From contig CAZSZY010000003.1 of the NCBI GenBank assembly GCA_964611285.1, forward strand, positions 1 to 37,672: DNA of 37,672 nucleotides, in the 5' to 3' direction. Shown here piece by piece: positions 1 to 9,875 of the stretch (positions are counted from its first letter, which is position 1; each line of letters starts with the position of its first letter). This DNA is from an uncultured Methanosarcinales archaeon (GTDB lineage Archaea; Nanobdellota; Nanobdellia; Woesearchaeales; SKGA01). Under the pieces are notes generated by a model. That model was given only the letters and a program-made list of their open reading frames with translations. It did not search any database and was not told the origin of the DNA. A program made the position numbers and the translations under genes.

Positions 1-1116
1 TAATGCTAGTTTTACCCAAATCTTGTGTCCTTTCTTCTCACCAAGTGTTTTTGCAAATCCAAGCTGTATCATTCGTCCGCCATCAACAGGACCTAAAGGC
101 AGTAAGTTAAACGCACCAAGACCCAGACTTAATACGAAAATCCAAAAGAAGAATTGTCGAAGAAACATCATAATACTAAGAGACCATTCTGGAACACCAG
201 TTTTTGTTTCAAAGTCAGTTTGAATACCAAGAACACCAATGTATGCTTTACTCTCATCAAGTGGATTGGCTGTCGTTGTAATAAGATACGAATTACTACC
301 ATCACCTATCGAAACCGTGTCACCTGGCACCATGCATGCTAATGACATAGTTAATTCTTCATAAGACGCTACTGCATCTCCATTAACCACATTATACGTT
401 ACGCCAGCTTCGAGACCAGCAAGCGCTGCAGGAAACTCAGGAGTTACTTCAGCGACAGAAAAACCGGATGGATCAACCATTAGCCCAGTTAGTGGATTAA
501 GTATTAATGTTAAAATTAGTAAGACAACGCCAGCAGTTAATGCGTTCGCAAAAGGACCTGCGGCAAATACAGAGTATTGCACGACATCACTACTTTTTTG
601 TAATTTCTTTTCATCGGGCTCAACAAAAGCACCTGCAAGTGGACCAAAGAACACAAAGCCCGTGCTCTTAATTGGAAGACCATGCGCTTTTGCAACAAGA
701 CCGTGACCAAGTTCATGAAGCACAATAACAATGAATAAAGGAACTAAAACCCATAATGGGATGAATAATGGACTGCCAGGAATAGTAACTCCGGGAAGAA
801 CAGGTGAAAGTGCTGCAGGACCTTGTGGTTGTGTAAATAATTTGATAAGAGCTCCAAGCACGTAAATAAAAATGTAAATCATGCCAATAAAACCAACACC
901 AATACCTGTGTAACCAAGAATCTTAATTGTTTCTTTGTGTTTTTTAGCATGTTTATTGATGAAATCAACGCCGAATTTGGTTCTTCGCATAGCAATAATT
1001 TTTCCTTGAAAGTCAAATTTCTTTCTGTAAATAACTAAAAGAAGTATTACTAACACGTAAAATCCAATCGTAATAATGTTAGAAAGATGATCTACTACAT
1101 ATTGGCCAAGCGTCAT
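1..1116 (-). CDS. Site-2 protease family (M50) membrane zinc metalloprotease; 3' end runs off the window
   Basis: Not in ORF track. Manual translation from ATG at 1116 gives MTLGQYVVDHL..., an HELGH zinc motif (~707-721) and FNLLPLGPVDGG (~64-105), with hydrophobic segments. Confidence 0.9.
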   Translation of the reverse strand, partial: MTLGQYVVDHLSNIITIGFYVLVILLLVIYRKKFDFQGKIIAMRRTKFGVDFINKHAKKHKETIKILGYTGIGVGFIGMIYIFIYVLGALIKLFTQPQGPAALSPVLPGVTIPGSPLFIPLWVLVPLFIVIVLHELGHGLVAKAHGLPIKSTGFVFFGPLAGAFVEPDEKKLQKSSDVVQYSVFAAGPFANALTAGVVLLILTLILNPLTGLMVDPSGFSVAEVTPEFPAALAGLEAGVTYNVVNGDAVASYEELTMSLACMVPGDTVSIGDGSNSYLITTTANPLDESKAYIGVLGIQTDFETKTGVPEWSLSIMMFLRQFFFWIFVLSLGLGAFNLLPLGPVDGGRMIQLGFAKTLGEKKGHKIWVKLAL

Positions 1117-1164
1117 TTAAGTCATTAGCAGAAGTTTTCCTTTAAAAAGGTTTGGTATGAGCAA

Positions 1165-2859
1165 TTATAATAGTTTAGAGACATACGTTCCTTCTTTAGC
1201 ATACCCGAGCTTTTTGTAATACTCTTTCACACCCACGCCACTAATAACAAGCATCTTGTCATAATTATGCTCTTTTGCAATTGCTTCGGCTTTTGCAACC
1301 AATTGTTTGCCATATCCTTTATGCTGAGTTGCTTCAGATTCATCTTCACCAATACCAACTGCAGCACCATACACATGAAGTTCTCGAATCATTGCAGTTG
1401 TTTTTGTGAAATGCTCACTTAATTGTTGGCCAGGAAATCGAAGACGACAAAAACCGTAGAGAATATCATTAGCAACATCTTCTATTGCAATAAAGAATTC
1501 TTTTCCGCCACTCGCCAAATACGGCATTACAGTGGTCTGGATATCTGGCTTTCGGTCTGGTTTTTTTCTTCCTGCTTCGCGAGCACGAATATCTTTACTT
1601 TTTGTTCCTTGTTGTTTCATTAACGTATCGACATATTGTCGAAGATTAGTTCTGCCCACACCACCAAGCGTTCTATACGTTGGAATATCTCTTTGCACGC
1701 GCATAATACGACAATACTTTGGAACTAAAGGAATAAATTCTGCAATAATTTTTGCAGCTTGATCTGTTGTTAACGGTTCAAACATTCCGGACTTAAAATC
1801 TTTCTCAAGCTTTGTTCCTGTAAGTACCATGCAAGGATATAATTTAAGCATGTCTGGCTGATAATCACTGTCAGTGAAAAGCTCCTTTAATGCTGTAATG
1901 TCATGTTCTTTGTCAACGCCAGGTAAGCCGAGCATCATATGAAAATTAAGTTTGAAACCAAAATCTTTGAGCACTTTAATTGCTTTTTTATTATCAGCAA
2001 CGCTGTGACCGCGATTAATTTTGGCAAGCGCGTCATCATAAATGGTTTGCACGCCAAGCTCGACTCTTGTGCAACCTTGCTGTAACATTTTTCTTGCATG
2101 CGGCTCTAATGCGTAATCCGGACGAGTTTCAATTGTTAAGCCAATACAACGAATAACTGCAGTTTCGTTTCTTTCTTGCTCAACAGCTAAAGTAGAAGTT
2201 CCTTTAAGCTCTCGGATTTTTGCTTGAATTCTTTTTGTTCGCTTTTCATTTCCAACTTCGCCAGGAAGCTCAAAAAACACTTTGAATTTTTCTAAACGAA
2301 AATGACCATTCTTTTCAAAAAAAGTTTCTGAGAAATCATTCATTGCTTTAAATGCATACATAATAAATTCATCTTGATACTCAACTTCTCGAGCAGGAAA
2401 CGTCCCACCCATAACAATGAGATCTACTTTATCTGCAACATGACCTGTCACCAGATATTGTTCAAGACGATTAAACACTTGTAAATATGCATCGTATCCA
2501 GCACGCATAGCGCGCATCGTAGCCGGCTCAGCACCAGTATAACTCTGCGGGACATCGCCCCAAGGACTATCAAGACCGCCAGGACACGTTGTGCATTTGC
2601 CGTGAGGACAAGGAGCGGGACTAGTCATAATAGCAACAGGCGCAACACCTGAAAGCGAACGATTAGGTTTTGTTTGTAGGCGCTTTCTAAACTGCTCTGC
2701 TAGTTCTTTGGGCGTGCGAATAAGCATTTCAATATCAGTTGGCACATTTTTTATAGAGTGTTTTTTACAAAGAGCGAGCTTTAGTTGCGCAATACCATGC
2801 TTTTCTAGCGTTGTATCTGCAATAAGCTCATCAAAAAAATCTTTGATATAATCATCCAT
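1165..2859 (-). CDS. elp3: tRNA U34 carboxymethyltransferase Elp3 (radical SAM + GNAT)
   Basis: CPHGKCTTCPGG radical SAM motif, QSYTGAEP, IETRPD, RELHVYG, QHKGYG, ISGVGVKEYY. Start moved to MDDYIK (2859; 2871 also possible), downstream of the TATA box at 2894-2901. Confidence 0.95.
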   Translation of the reverse strand: MDDYIKDFFDELIADTTLEKHGIAQLKLALCKKHSIKNVPTDIEMLIRTPKELAEQFRKRLQTKPNRSLSGVAPVAIMTSPAPCPHGKCTTCPGGLDSPWGDVPQSYTGAEPATMRAMRAGYDAYLQVFNRLEQYLVTGHVADKVDLIVMGGTFPAREVEYQDEFIMYAFKAMNDFSETFFEKNGHFRLEKFKVFFELPGEVGNEKRTKRIQAKIRELKGTSTLAVEQERNETAVIRCIGLTIETRPDYALEPHARKMLQQGCTRVELGVQTIYDDALAKINRGHSVADNKKAIKVLKDFGFKLNFHMMLGLPGVDKEHDITALKELFTDSDYQPDMLKLYPCMVLTGTKLEKDFKSGMFEPLTTDQAAKIIAEFIPLVPKYCRIMRVQRDIPTYRTLGGVGRTNLRQYVDTLMKQQGTKSKDIRAREAGRKKPDRKPDIQTTVMPYLASGGKEFFIAIEDVANDILYGFCRLRFPGQQLSEHFTKTTAMIRELHVYGAAVGIGEDESEATQHKGYGKQLVAKAEAIAKEHNYDKMLVISGVGVKEYYKKLGYAKEGTYVSKLL

Positions 2860-2893
2860 ACCGCCGTTCATGAAAACAAGAAAGAAGTAACAA

Positions 2894-2901
2894 TTTATAA
2901 A
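2894..2901. promoter_or_regulatory. Palindromic TATA box TTTATAAA between divergent elp3 and DUF1704-trm1
   Basis: Lies about 23-35 nt from both divergent start codons, consistent with near-leaderless transcripts. Confidence 0.55.
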
Positions 2902-2923
2902 ATATAAGAAATTTAGACCATTC

Positions 2924-4000
2924 ATGCAAGATTTAAAGCACATTGATAAAGAACTCGCAAAACTAGCGCAAGTTCGCTATCGATACGACATCATTAATCC
3001 AATTAATAGACAAGAGGAAGAAAAAAAGTTTTTTGTCGCGAAGAGCAAGTATAATCCTCAATTTACTTACAACCACTACAATGTTAAACCACTTATTGAA
3101 GAATTACTGGCGCTTCACATCGAAACAAACACCTCGATGGGAAAACTCTTTGAAGAAGTGCGAGAAGACTTACTTGAAGAAGCAAGAGCATTAGATAATA
3201 TTGGCACAGATAACTTTATCGTGAAAAAAATGTTTGGCGCATTAAGTAATGAAGAATTAGAAGAAGTAAATAAGACGCTGGAGCGAGGATTAAAAAATAG
3301 ACAACCAAAAGAAGAAGACACATCGCAATTATTTCCTGCAACAGAACTTGGAAAACGAATTGAAACAGTTCTTAAGCACTATAAGCTTGATGACTGGAAT
3401 ATTGTTTACAGTGAACTTGCTCTTGCAAGAACTTCCGTCACTAAAGACACCAAAACAATCACTATAAAGGCAGATGAACTCTTTACGAATAAAGATATGC
3501 AAAAACTTATTGTGCATGAAATAGAAACTCATGTCCTTCGCTGGCATAATGGAACTAAACAACCATACAACATATTTAACATTGGAATACGAGACTACCT
3601 TACAGTTGAAGAAGGAATGGCAGAGTATAATGAAGCAATGCAAGGAGTGGGCATTACTAATCCGAAATTTAGTTCTGCAATACTTGCCCTTGCAACACAT
3701 CTTGGTAAAACCAAAGGATTTGCAGATATTTACCAAACTATCAGACCATACGTAGGAAGTGATGAAATAGGATTTCAAATGGTAACTAGAGTTAAGCGAG
3801 GATTAGGCGACACCAGCAAACCAGGCGGTTACCTTAAAGATCATGCGTATTTTCGAGGATATCTTCAAATTAGAGAATTCGTTAAAAGCGGTGGAAAAGT
3901 AAAAGATTTATACGCTGGAAAGATAACTATAAATAATCTTCATCTTCTTAAAGAAGGTATATTAGAACAACCAGAACTACTGCCGGAGTTTCTCAAATGA
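2924..4000 (+). CDS. DUF1704 / MATCAP-like zinc carboxypeptidase
   Basis: HEIETH (HExxxH), EEGMA (QEGLA-like), RVKRG and KDHAYFRG motifs. Confidence 0.8.
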   Translation: MQDLKHIDKELAKLAQVRYRYDIINPINRQEEEKKFFVAKSKYNPQFTYNHYNVKPLIEELLALHIETNTSMGKLFEEVREDLLEEARALDNIGTDNFIVKKMFGALSNEELEEVNKTLERGLKNRQPKEEDTSQLFPATELGKRIETVLKHYKLDDWNIVYSELALARTSVTKDTKTITIKADELFTNKDMQKLIVHEIETHVLRWHNGTKQPYNIFNIGIRDYLTVEEGMAEYNEAMQGVGITNPKFSSAILALATHLGKTKGFADIYQTIRPYVGSDEIGFQMVTRVKRGLGDTSKPGGYLKDHAYFRGYLQIREFVKSGGKVKDLYAGKITINNLHLLKEGILEQPELLPEFLK

Positions 4001-5151
4001 AAAAAACAATCACCGAAGGAAAAGCAACTATCATCGTGAATACCAAAGACATCGCGACAAAAAATCAAGAAGTATTCTATAATCCAAAAATGGAAATGAA
4101 CAGAACACTCTCCATACTTCTCCTTAAAGCAATTAAGAAAAAAGGACAACACATGCTTCTCCCACTTGCAGGTACAGGCATTCGAGGAATTAGATTTCTT
4201 CTCGAGCTTCCTAAAACAATGATTGCAGGAATACAACTTAATGATGTTAATCCACGAGCAGTAGAATACATGAACAAAAATCTTGGGGCTAATAAACTCG
4301 AAAAAGAACTACGCGTTAAAATAACAAACGAAGATGCCAACGCGCTCTTAGCAAGGACAGAAAGTGGTTTTGACTATATTGACATAGATCCCTTCGGCAG
4401 TCCAAACTTTCTTTTAGATAATGCCATACGACGACTGAAAGGAAAAGCAATATTAGCAGTAACAGCAACAGATACTGCTCCTTTGGCAGGAACATATCCT
4501 ATAACCTGTAAAGCAAAATACTGGGCAACATCAAGTAATGTTCCGGCAAAACACGAACTAGGTCTTCGCATACTTATTCGAAAAGTACAACTCATGGGCA
4601 TGCATCACGAAAAAGCATTAATTCCAATTCTTTCCTATAATCACGAACATTATTACAGAATATACTTCTTATGCGAGCGAGGAAGAAGAAAAGCAGCAAA
4701 ACTCTATGAAGATTTGATAGGCATGTATAGTTATTGTGCTAACTGCGGCCATTTCATTATTAATGAAAACAAAATTAAACAATGCCCAATTTGCAATGAA
4801 CGAAAAATGAAATATACAGGACATCTCTATACAGGACCGGTTCAAGACGTAGCGCTTCTTAAAGCAATAAAAAAACTTAACACCAAAAAAATTGGCGCAA
4901 GCAAAGACCTTGCAATCGATAAGCTACTCACGGGACTTCTCACCGAAACAGAAATAGAAAGTGTCGGGCATTATGACTTTCATGATTTGGCTTCAAAACA
5001 CAGAGTAAGTATTCAAAAATACGAAGAATACGACAAACAATTAGGGAAGCATAAAATAGTGCGCGTTGCAACAAACAGATACGGATTTAAAACAACAGCT
5101 CCTGCAAAAGAAGTTCATGCACTATTTGAAAAGAAACCTAAGAAAAAATAA
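3997..5151 (+). CDS. trm1: tRNA (guanine26-N2)-dimethyltransferase Trm1
   Basis: VFYNPKM..NR, LAGTGIRGIR, DIDPFGSP, TATDTA, CxxC...CxxC zinc finger. Overlaps upstream gene by ATGA. Confidence 0.93.
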   Translation: MKKTITEGKATIIVNTKDIATKNQEVFYNPKMEMNRTLSILLLKAIKKKGQHMLLPLAGTGIRGIRFLLELPKTMIAGIQLNDVNPRAVEYMNKNLGANKLEKELRVKITNEDANALLARTESGFDYIDIDPFGSPNFLLDNAIRRLKGKAILAVTATDTAPLAGTYPITCKAKYWATSSNVPAKHELGLRILIRKVQLMGMHHEKALIPILSYNHEHYYRIYFLCERGRRKAAKLYEDLIGMYSYCANCGHFIINENKIKQCPICNERKMKYTGHLYTGPVQDVALLKAIKKLNTKKIGASKDLAIDKLLTGLLTETEIESVGHYDFHDLASKHRVSIQKYEEYDKQLGKHKIVRVATNRYGFKTTAPAKEVHALFEKKPKKK

Positions 5152-5167
5152 TTCTTTTAACCTAGAA

Positions 5168-5431
5168 TTAATACAAGTAAAGAAAACCATCATCTTCACG
5201 GACAGATCCGTTTCGAATGACTTCTCGAAGAAGTGTTTCAGATTCTGCTTGCAGCATACCACTTTGCACAGCTTCAATAAGCACTGCTTCTTTTGAGACC
5301 TTGCCAGTTTTTACATCAACCATACTTTGAATAATAGTCAAAAGTTCTAAAGTATTATCCATAGTTGACTCTCTAACCAACCGTTTTGCCATATTACTCT
5401 GGATGTCTAGTATGTTATCAAAGTCTGCCAT
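5168..5431 (-). CDS. Small protein resembling a stand-alone winged-helix domain (MCM C-terminal-like)
   Basis: 87 aa; pattern L..IIQ...GKVSKEAVL.EA...G.....E.LL..V.R.G.V.E.DGFL resembles the archaeal MCM C-terminal WH domain. Confidence 0.5.
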   Translation of the reverse strand: MADFDNILDIQSNMAKRLVRESTMDNTLELLTIIQSMVDVKTGKVSKEAVLIEAVQSGMLQAESETLLREVIRNGSVREDDGFLYLY

Positions 5432-5527
5432 GTAGCTTTAGAGAACAACGCCCCCCCTTAATATGAACTTAAAGAGAGGTTTACTTTTATATTTTACTAT
5501 ACTTGGCGTAGTAAAACGTATACTGGA

Positions 5528-6550
5528 TTAGAATATGATACCTGAAGCTGCAAGATAGTATTTGCTCAAAAGGCCTGAATAAGAAAGAACTCCAGTCTCG
5601 ACACCAGCTCCTATAATAAATACAACTAGAGCAATGATAAAGAGCCAATAATTGTACATAAACACTTCTTGGTGTTTTTTATCAGTAAAGACATACTTAA
5701 GAGTATATACCAGACCACCTAACACGAGCATTCTGAGCACAATAAGAACAGGACCTGATAAAATCATTTTGAAAATGAAATTAAAAATCCAGAAACCAAC
5801 AATAACCAAAAGCAAAGAGCCCAAAAATTTTTTTATCTCTTTAGACTTTCGAATGATTTCATCACTAATAACCGCTCCCGCAATTCCTGCCAAGATGTAC
5901 GCACCACCTTCTAAAATCATATGAGGCAAGATAAGGAGTAGCATTAAACCACCAACAACAAAAGGACTTTGACCAAGAGTAGCAGCAGCCGCAACACCAC
6001 GAACACCAAAAATCACAGCCCATGCCGAAGCGTTCCATACGACAAAGAATGTTGCTCCATCTCCTGAAATGAGTGAAAGAAAAAAACAAGCAACGAGCAC
6101 CCACCAATTATTTTGTAAGATGCTCCAAAACGTAGAGAAACTATAAGATGCTCGACCACTAATAGCAGGATCAAGAAATACTTGCTCTCTGAAAAGAGAC
6201 GTCACATTCCAATTCATTAAAGAACCAAAAAAACTTAATGCCCAATACGCCACAAAAACTCCGAAGAAAATACCAACGTATGTATGAATAAGATGTTTGT
6301 TATCTTTGTATAATTCTCTAAGAGAAAATCTTTTCTCCTTTTCTTCTCTTTTCTCTTCTTTAACAAAGAGTTTTCTAAGCGAGGGAATAAGTAGAATGGA
6401 AGTGAACATGACAGATGCCAAACCAGCGTTAGCTCCAAAAAGCCACTGAGCAATTATTATTCCTACAATTGAGAATATGAAACCAAGAAGAAAAGCATAG
6501 CCCGTTTTCTTTTCAAGCCAATTCTCAGGAAATAAATTCTCAAGCACCAT
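5528..6550 (-). CDS. SpoIIM (DUF95)-like polytopic membrane protein
   Basis: Many TM segments; ILQNN and LPHMILE motifs typical of the SpoIIM family. Confidence 0.7.
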   Translation of the reverse strand: MVLENLFPENWLEKKTGYAFLLGFIFSIVGIIIAQWLFGANAGLASVMFTSILLIPSLRKLFVKEEKREEKEKRFSLRELYKDNKHLIHTYVGIFFGVFVAYWALSFFGSLMNWNVTSLFREQVFLDPAISGRASYSFSTFWSILQNNWWVLVACFFLSLISGDGATFFVVWNASAWAVIFGVRGVAAAATLGQSPFVVGGLMLLLILPHMILEGGAYILAGIAGAVISDEIIRKSKEIKKFLGSLLLVIVGFWIFNFIFKMILSGPVLIVLRMLVLGGLVYTLKYVFTDKKHQEVFMYNYWLFIIALVVFIIGAGVETGVLSYSGLLSKYYLAASGIIF

Positions 6551-6605
6551 ATAGTAACACTCTCAAATTAAAGCTATTTAAAGTTTTGTTTTGAGTAAAA
6601 AGTGA

Positions 6606-8606
6606 TTATTGAGAAAAACGTTCCTGAAGAACACCTAAATTACCATGGAGATGTTCTAACAAAGTAATATTAGACTCTGCAAAATTTTGTATAGAGATAT
6701 CTCCGTGATTGCGTAGATAAGACATTTCGCCAAGGGCAGAACTAAGAAGTTGTTTTCGAGAAGAAACTAGACCTGATTGTTTTTTTTCATTACTCCATGC
6801 CTTAAATAAACCAAGTGTTCGAAGCGTGACTGCGCCAGCGTATGCCTTTAGAGTTGTATCTGTAAAGAAACTTTCTTCGCGTTCATAAAGATTTAATGCG
6901 TGAGATCTTGCATGTGAAAAATCGTTTTGAGAAAGATAAGGTTTTGCAGTTAAGAGAAGAGTAGCATAGTCATATATTCTTGGAGCCCGTGTTTTAGGTT
7001 CGATATCCCAGTAAGGAAGAATCAAGGGGCCAGCTTCTTGCTTGTGTACGCCAATGTTTCTCACAAAAGGATCGACAATCGGAAGTTCCTGAATAGAATA
7101 ATCACTTGCAAGAGGATTATTTTTTAAAAGCCACTCCAAAGACTGCTCAATTTGTTTAGCATCATAAAAATTATTGTCTGTTGAAAGAAACTTTTCTTCC
7201 CAACTAGTTTCTGGAATTTCAACTACATCTTGTGCTTCGTATATGTCTTGAAGCTCTCGCACACCATCAATTATCATAGCATATAAATTTTCTAATGAAG
7301 TGGTGGAATTTGTGATAGAAAATTCATCCAAAGGAACACCCCATAATTGCTGACGAAACAAACGAGATTTTTCGCCTTCATCTTGAAGCGTTATCATTTG
7401 AGGAGTTTGAAAAACAGAATTATTATTTGTTTCCGGAAAAATAGCTTTTCCTAAATCATATTTTCCTTGCAAAATTTTCTTATCGCCAACTGTAGTCACT
7501 ATAGACCACCGTAAAGGATCATCTTCTACACCTTCAAAAAGCATTTGAGATGCTCCGCCACTATTACCTTCACCGAGAATTTTCTCATCTAAAGAATCAC
7601 TCTGTGTTACAATATGTGCAACAGATTTCCACGTAGCATCAACATCTTTATCATTAATATATGATTGGTATGTTGCTAAAAGAGAAAGAGTTGACACATC
7701 ATTTTTTTCTTTTGCGTCATCAATTGCTAAATTAGCATAATAATCAATTAATAATTTGTCAACAGGCAAGAGCAACGAATGTAAAAAGGATGTTAGAGGA
7801 GGTTTTCTTTTTAAGTCATATTCAATTAACTTTTTTCTTCCATTTTGAGAAAGAAAGGGCAGACTGGGTTTTAGATTATCTTTAAAATAATAATTAAGAA
7901 TAGCAGCCAAACCTTCTTTTTCCTTTCCAAGTTCTACAAAAGTTCGATTTAACCAGTAAAGAGCATAGGGATCTTTTGTGTTAGCTAAACGTTTATAGTT
8001 GGTCAATCTTTTTTCAGGCGATTCAAATGCTGGTTTTATTGTAGATGCTAAAGCTTTCATATCCTTAGAGAAGTAGGAAACAAAGCCGTCAGAAAGTGAC
8101 TTAGATAACTGATAAGCCATATAAGCATATAGAGACCATCCCCAAATAAATTGAGTGCTTTCTTTAACCGAAGAAATAAACAATTCATCAACTTGAGTGT
8201 CATGTGCCCCTGCTGTTTTTTGCAACCATGAATCATATAATGTTTGTAAAGGAGTTATATCAAAAAGTCTTTTTGCCTGAACAAGTGCTAAACCACCAAA
8301 AACTATCCCTCCGGCAACAAGCGATGATTTCCAAGTTAAACTTTTTTCTTTTTGAAATGTAGCATTAGGAACTCTTTTTTTGACAAAACGTTTCCAAGAA
8401 GTTAAAGAAGGTGAGTTAAGTAAGCTAAGTGCAAGAGGTGCACTAAAACCCATAATTGCTGCACCTGGTAATCCAAAGCAACATGCACCCGTAACTCCAA
8501 AAATAGCTCCCAAAGCAATTCCTTGCTTCACATCATAAGAAGTTGCTAAAAAACTATCCTGAACAGTTAATAAGTCTTTTAGACCGCCAGATAACTTTTT
8601 TTTCAT
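6606..8606 (-). CDS. Hypothetical membrane-anchored protein with degenerate APH/choline-kinase-like C-terminal domain
   Basis: 666-aa ORF with N-terminal hydrophobic helices; IVDPFVRNI...YWDIE...YDYATLL echoes HGDxxxxN...D[FW]E...YDLA. Confidence 0.5.
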   Translation of the reverse strand: MKKKLSGGLKDLLTVQDSFLATSYDVKQGIALGAIFGVTGACCFGLPGAAIMGFSAPLALSLLNSPSLTSWKRFVKKRVPNATFQKEKSLTWKSSLVAGGIVFGGLALVQAKRLFDITPLQTLYDSWLQKTAGAHDTQVDELFISSVKESTQFIWGWSLYAYMAYQLSKSLSDGFVSYFSKDMKALASTIKPAFESPEKRLTNYKRLANTKDPYALYWLNRTFVELGKEKEGLAAILNYYFKDNLKPSLPFLSQNGRKKLIEYDLKRKPPLTSFLHSLLLPVDKLLIDYYANLAIDDAKEKNDVSTLSLLATYQSYINDKDVDATWKSVAHIVTQSDSLDEKILGEGNSGGASQMLFEGVEDDPLRWSIVTTVGDKKILQGKYDLGKAIFPETNNNSVFQTPQMITLQDEGEKSRLFRQQLWGVPLDEFSITNSTTSLENLYAMIIDGVRELQDIYEAQDVVEIPETSWEEKFLSTDNNFYDAKQIEQSLEWLLKNNPLASDYSIQELPIVDPFVRNIGVHKQEAGPLILPYWDIEPKTRAPRIYDYATLLLTAKPYLSQNDFSHARSHALNLYEREESFFTDTTLKAYAGAVTLRTLGLFKAWSNEKKQSGLVSSRKQLLSSALGEMSYLRNHGDISIQNFAESNITLLEHLHGNLGVLQERFSQ

Positions 8607-8715
8607 TCTTAAAAAAGCTAAATAAGAATCTAGTTAAAAGGATTGTGTTCTTGTTTAAAAGGAAATAAACATAATAGAAAAAATAGAATTAAAAAATTCG
8701 CTGGGTTACGTTCAA

Positions 8716-9225
8716 TTAACAACCGCTACAAGAATCGCAACCATCAGCGCAACTACTTTGAGGCATGAATTTCTTCATATCTTCTTCAGATGGTTTTCGT
8801 GTTGCAATAACTTTGAGTTTAAAGTGAAGGTCTTTACCTGCTAAAGGATGATTAGCATCGATAATAATATCTTCATCTTTAATTTCTTTAATGGTTGCAG
8901 GAAATACCTGACCAGTAGGAGCTCGAATACCAATAGTCATACCAACTTCTGGTTTTAAATCATCACCCATATCTTTTTTAGGAATGGTTTTAACAAGTTC
9001 ATCGTTAGGTTGACCATAAGCGTCATCTGCTTTGATGTCAATTTCTTTCTCTTCGCCTTCAGTCATTCCAACTAAAGCATTATCAAATCCTTTGATAAGC
9101 ATTCCTTGACCTGCTAAGACTTCTAGAGGTTCTTTTCCTTTAGAACTATCAAATGTTTCGCCGTCTTTAAATGTGCCGGTATAATGTAATTGGACAAAAT
9201 ATCCTTTTTCAACTTTTTCTGCCAT
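8716..9225 (-). CDS. slyD: FKBP-type peptidyl-prolyl isomerase, SlyD-like, with Cys-rich tail
   Basis: LHYTG..DGETFDSS, AYG, IDANHPLAGKDLHF; C-terminal SCADGCDSCSGC. Confidence 0.92.
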   Translation of the reverse strand: MAEKVEKGYFVQLHYTGTFKDGETFDSSKGKEPLEVLAGQGMLIKGFDNALVGMTEGEEKEIDIKADDAYGQPNDELVKTIPKKDMGDDLKPEVGMTIGIRAPTGQVFPATIKEIKDEDIIIDANHPLAGKDLHFKLKVIATRKPSEEDMKKFMPQSSCADGCDSCSGC

Positions 9226-9356
9226 AATATATACAACTCCATATATGTTTTAAATGAGCTAACGAAGGTTGCCTTTTAAAGGTTGTGTAAAGAAATGAGA
9301 AATAATCTGATTTACTAAAAAAACCTCCCTTTAAGGTTAAATAAAAAAGTGTTGAA

Positions 9357-9437
9357 TTACTCTTCGTCCTCTTCTTCCTCAAAAAAGGAATTTAGTGACA
9401 TGTTTGCTAGTTTTGCTTTATAACTTATTTCTGTCAT
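9357..9437 (-). CDS. Putative 26-aa microprotein MTEISYKAKLANMSLNSFFEEEEDEE
   Basis: AGGTGA SD (9443-9448) 5 nt before the ATG; TATA-like TTTTATAG at ~9503-9510; A-run downstream on + strand gives a U-tract on the mRNA. Confidence 0.6.
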   Translation of the reverse strand: MTEISYKAKLANMSLNSFFEEEEDEE

Positions 9438-9527
9438 GATATTCACCTAAACACACATAGTAGAACGTCTCTGTTCTCACTAGTATTACTTTAGAAAAAC
9501 TACTATAAAAAGAATGTTGGCATAAGA

Positions 9528-9551
9528 GGTCTATGTTTTGAAACATAGACC
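9528..9551. repeat. Perfect inverted repeat GGTCTATGTTT-TG-AAACATAGACC
   Basis: 11-bp arms with a 2-nt spacer, just upstream of the microprotein promoter. Confidence 0.8.
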
Positions 9552-9694
9552 AAACACTATAATAGTATGTAAAAATCATAAATGTTTCCCTTGAAAAATA
9601 TTTTTTTGCAAAGAAATTTTGAGCAAAAGAGTGTTACATCCGGTCAGAAAAAAGGGAGAAAAAAAGGGGCTAAGAAAACTAAGAAAGAAAAAAA

Positions 9695-9834
9695 AAGACT
9701 AGAGACCTAAAGACCTTTTAACCAGCCATTTATACAATAGGCAAACAATGTGCGCCTCGCCAACACTCAACAGCACGAAAAAAACTAGAAAAAAGAAGTA
9801 AAAAGAAAAAAAGACTAGAGACCTAAAGATCTTT
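9695..9834. repeat. Direct repeat AAGACTAGAGACCTAAAGA(C/T)CTTT, copies at 9695-9718 and 9811-9834
   Basis: 23/24 identity, each copy preceded by an A-run; resembles the 3' end of the histone gene. Confidence 0.85.
9750..9776. repeat. Dispersed repeat family B, copy 1 (GTGCGCCTCGC..CTCAACAGCAC)
   Basis: Matches 31987-32014. Confidence 0.8.
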
Positions 9835-9875
9835 AGCCACACTCAAAAATAAGTTATTTTTGGTTGCCAAAAGAC

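Noticed and set aside
9695-9834. Mini-CRISPR interpretation of the direct repeat
   Set aside because: Only two copies 116 nt apart, no cas genes, and better explained as relic histone 3' ends.
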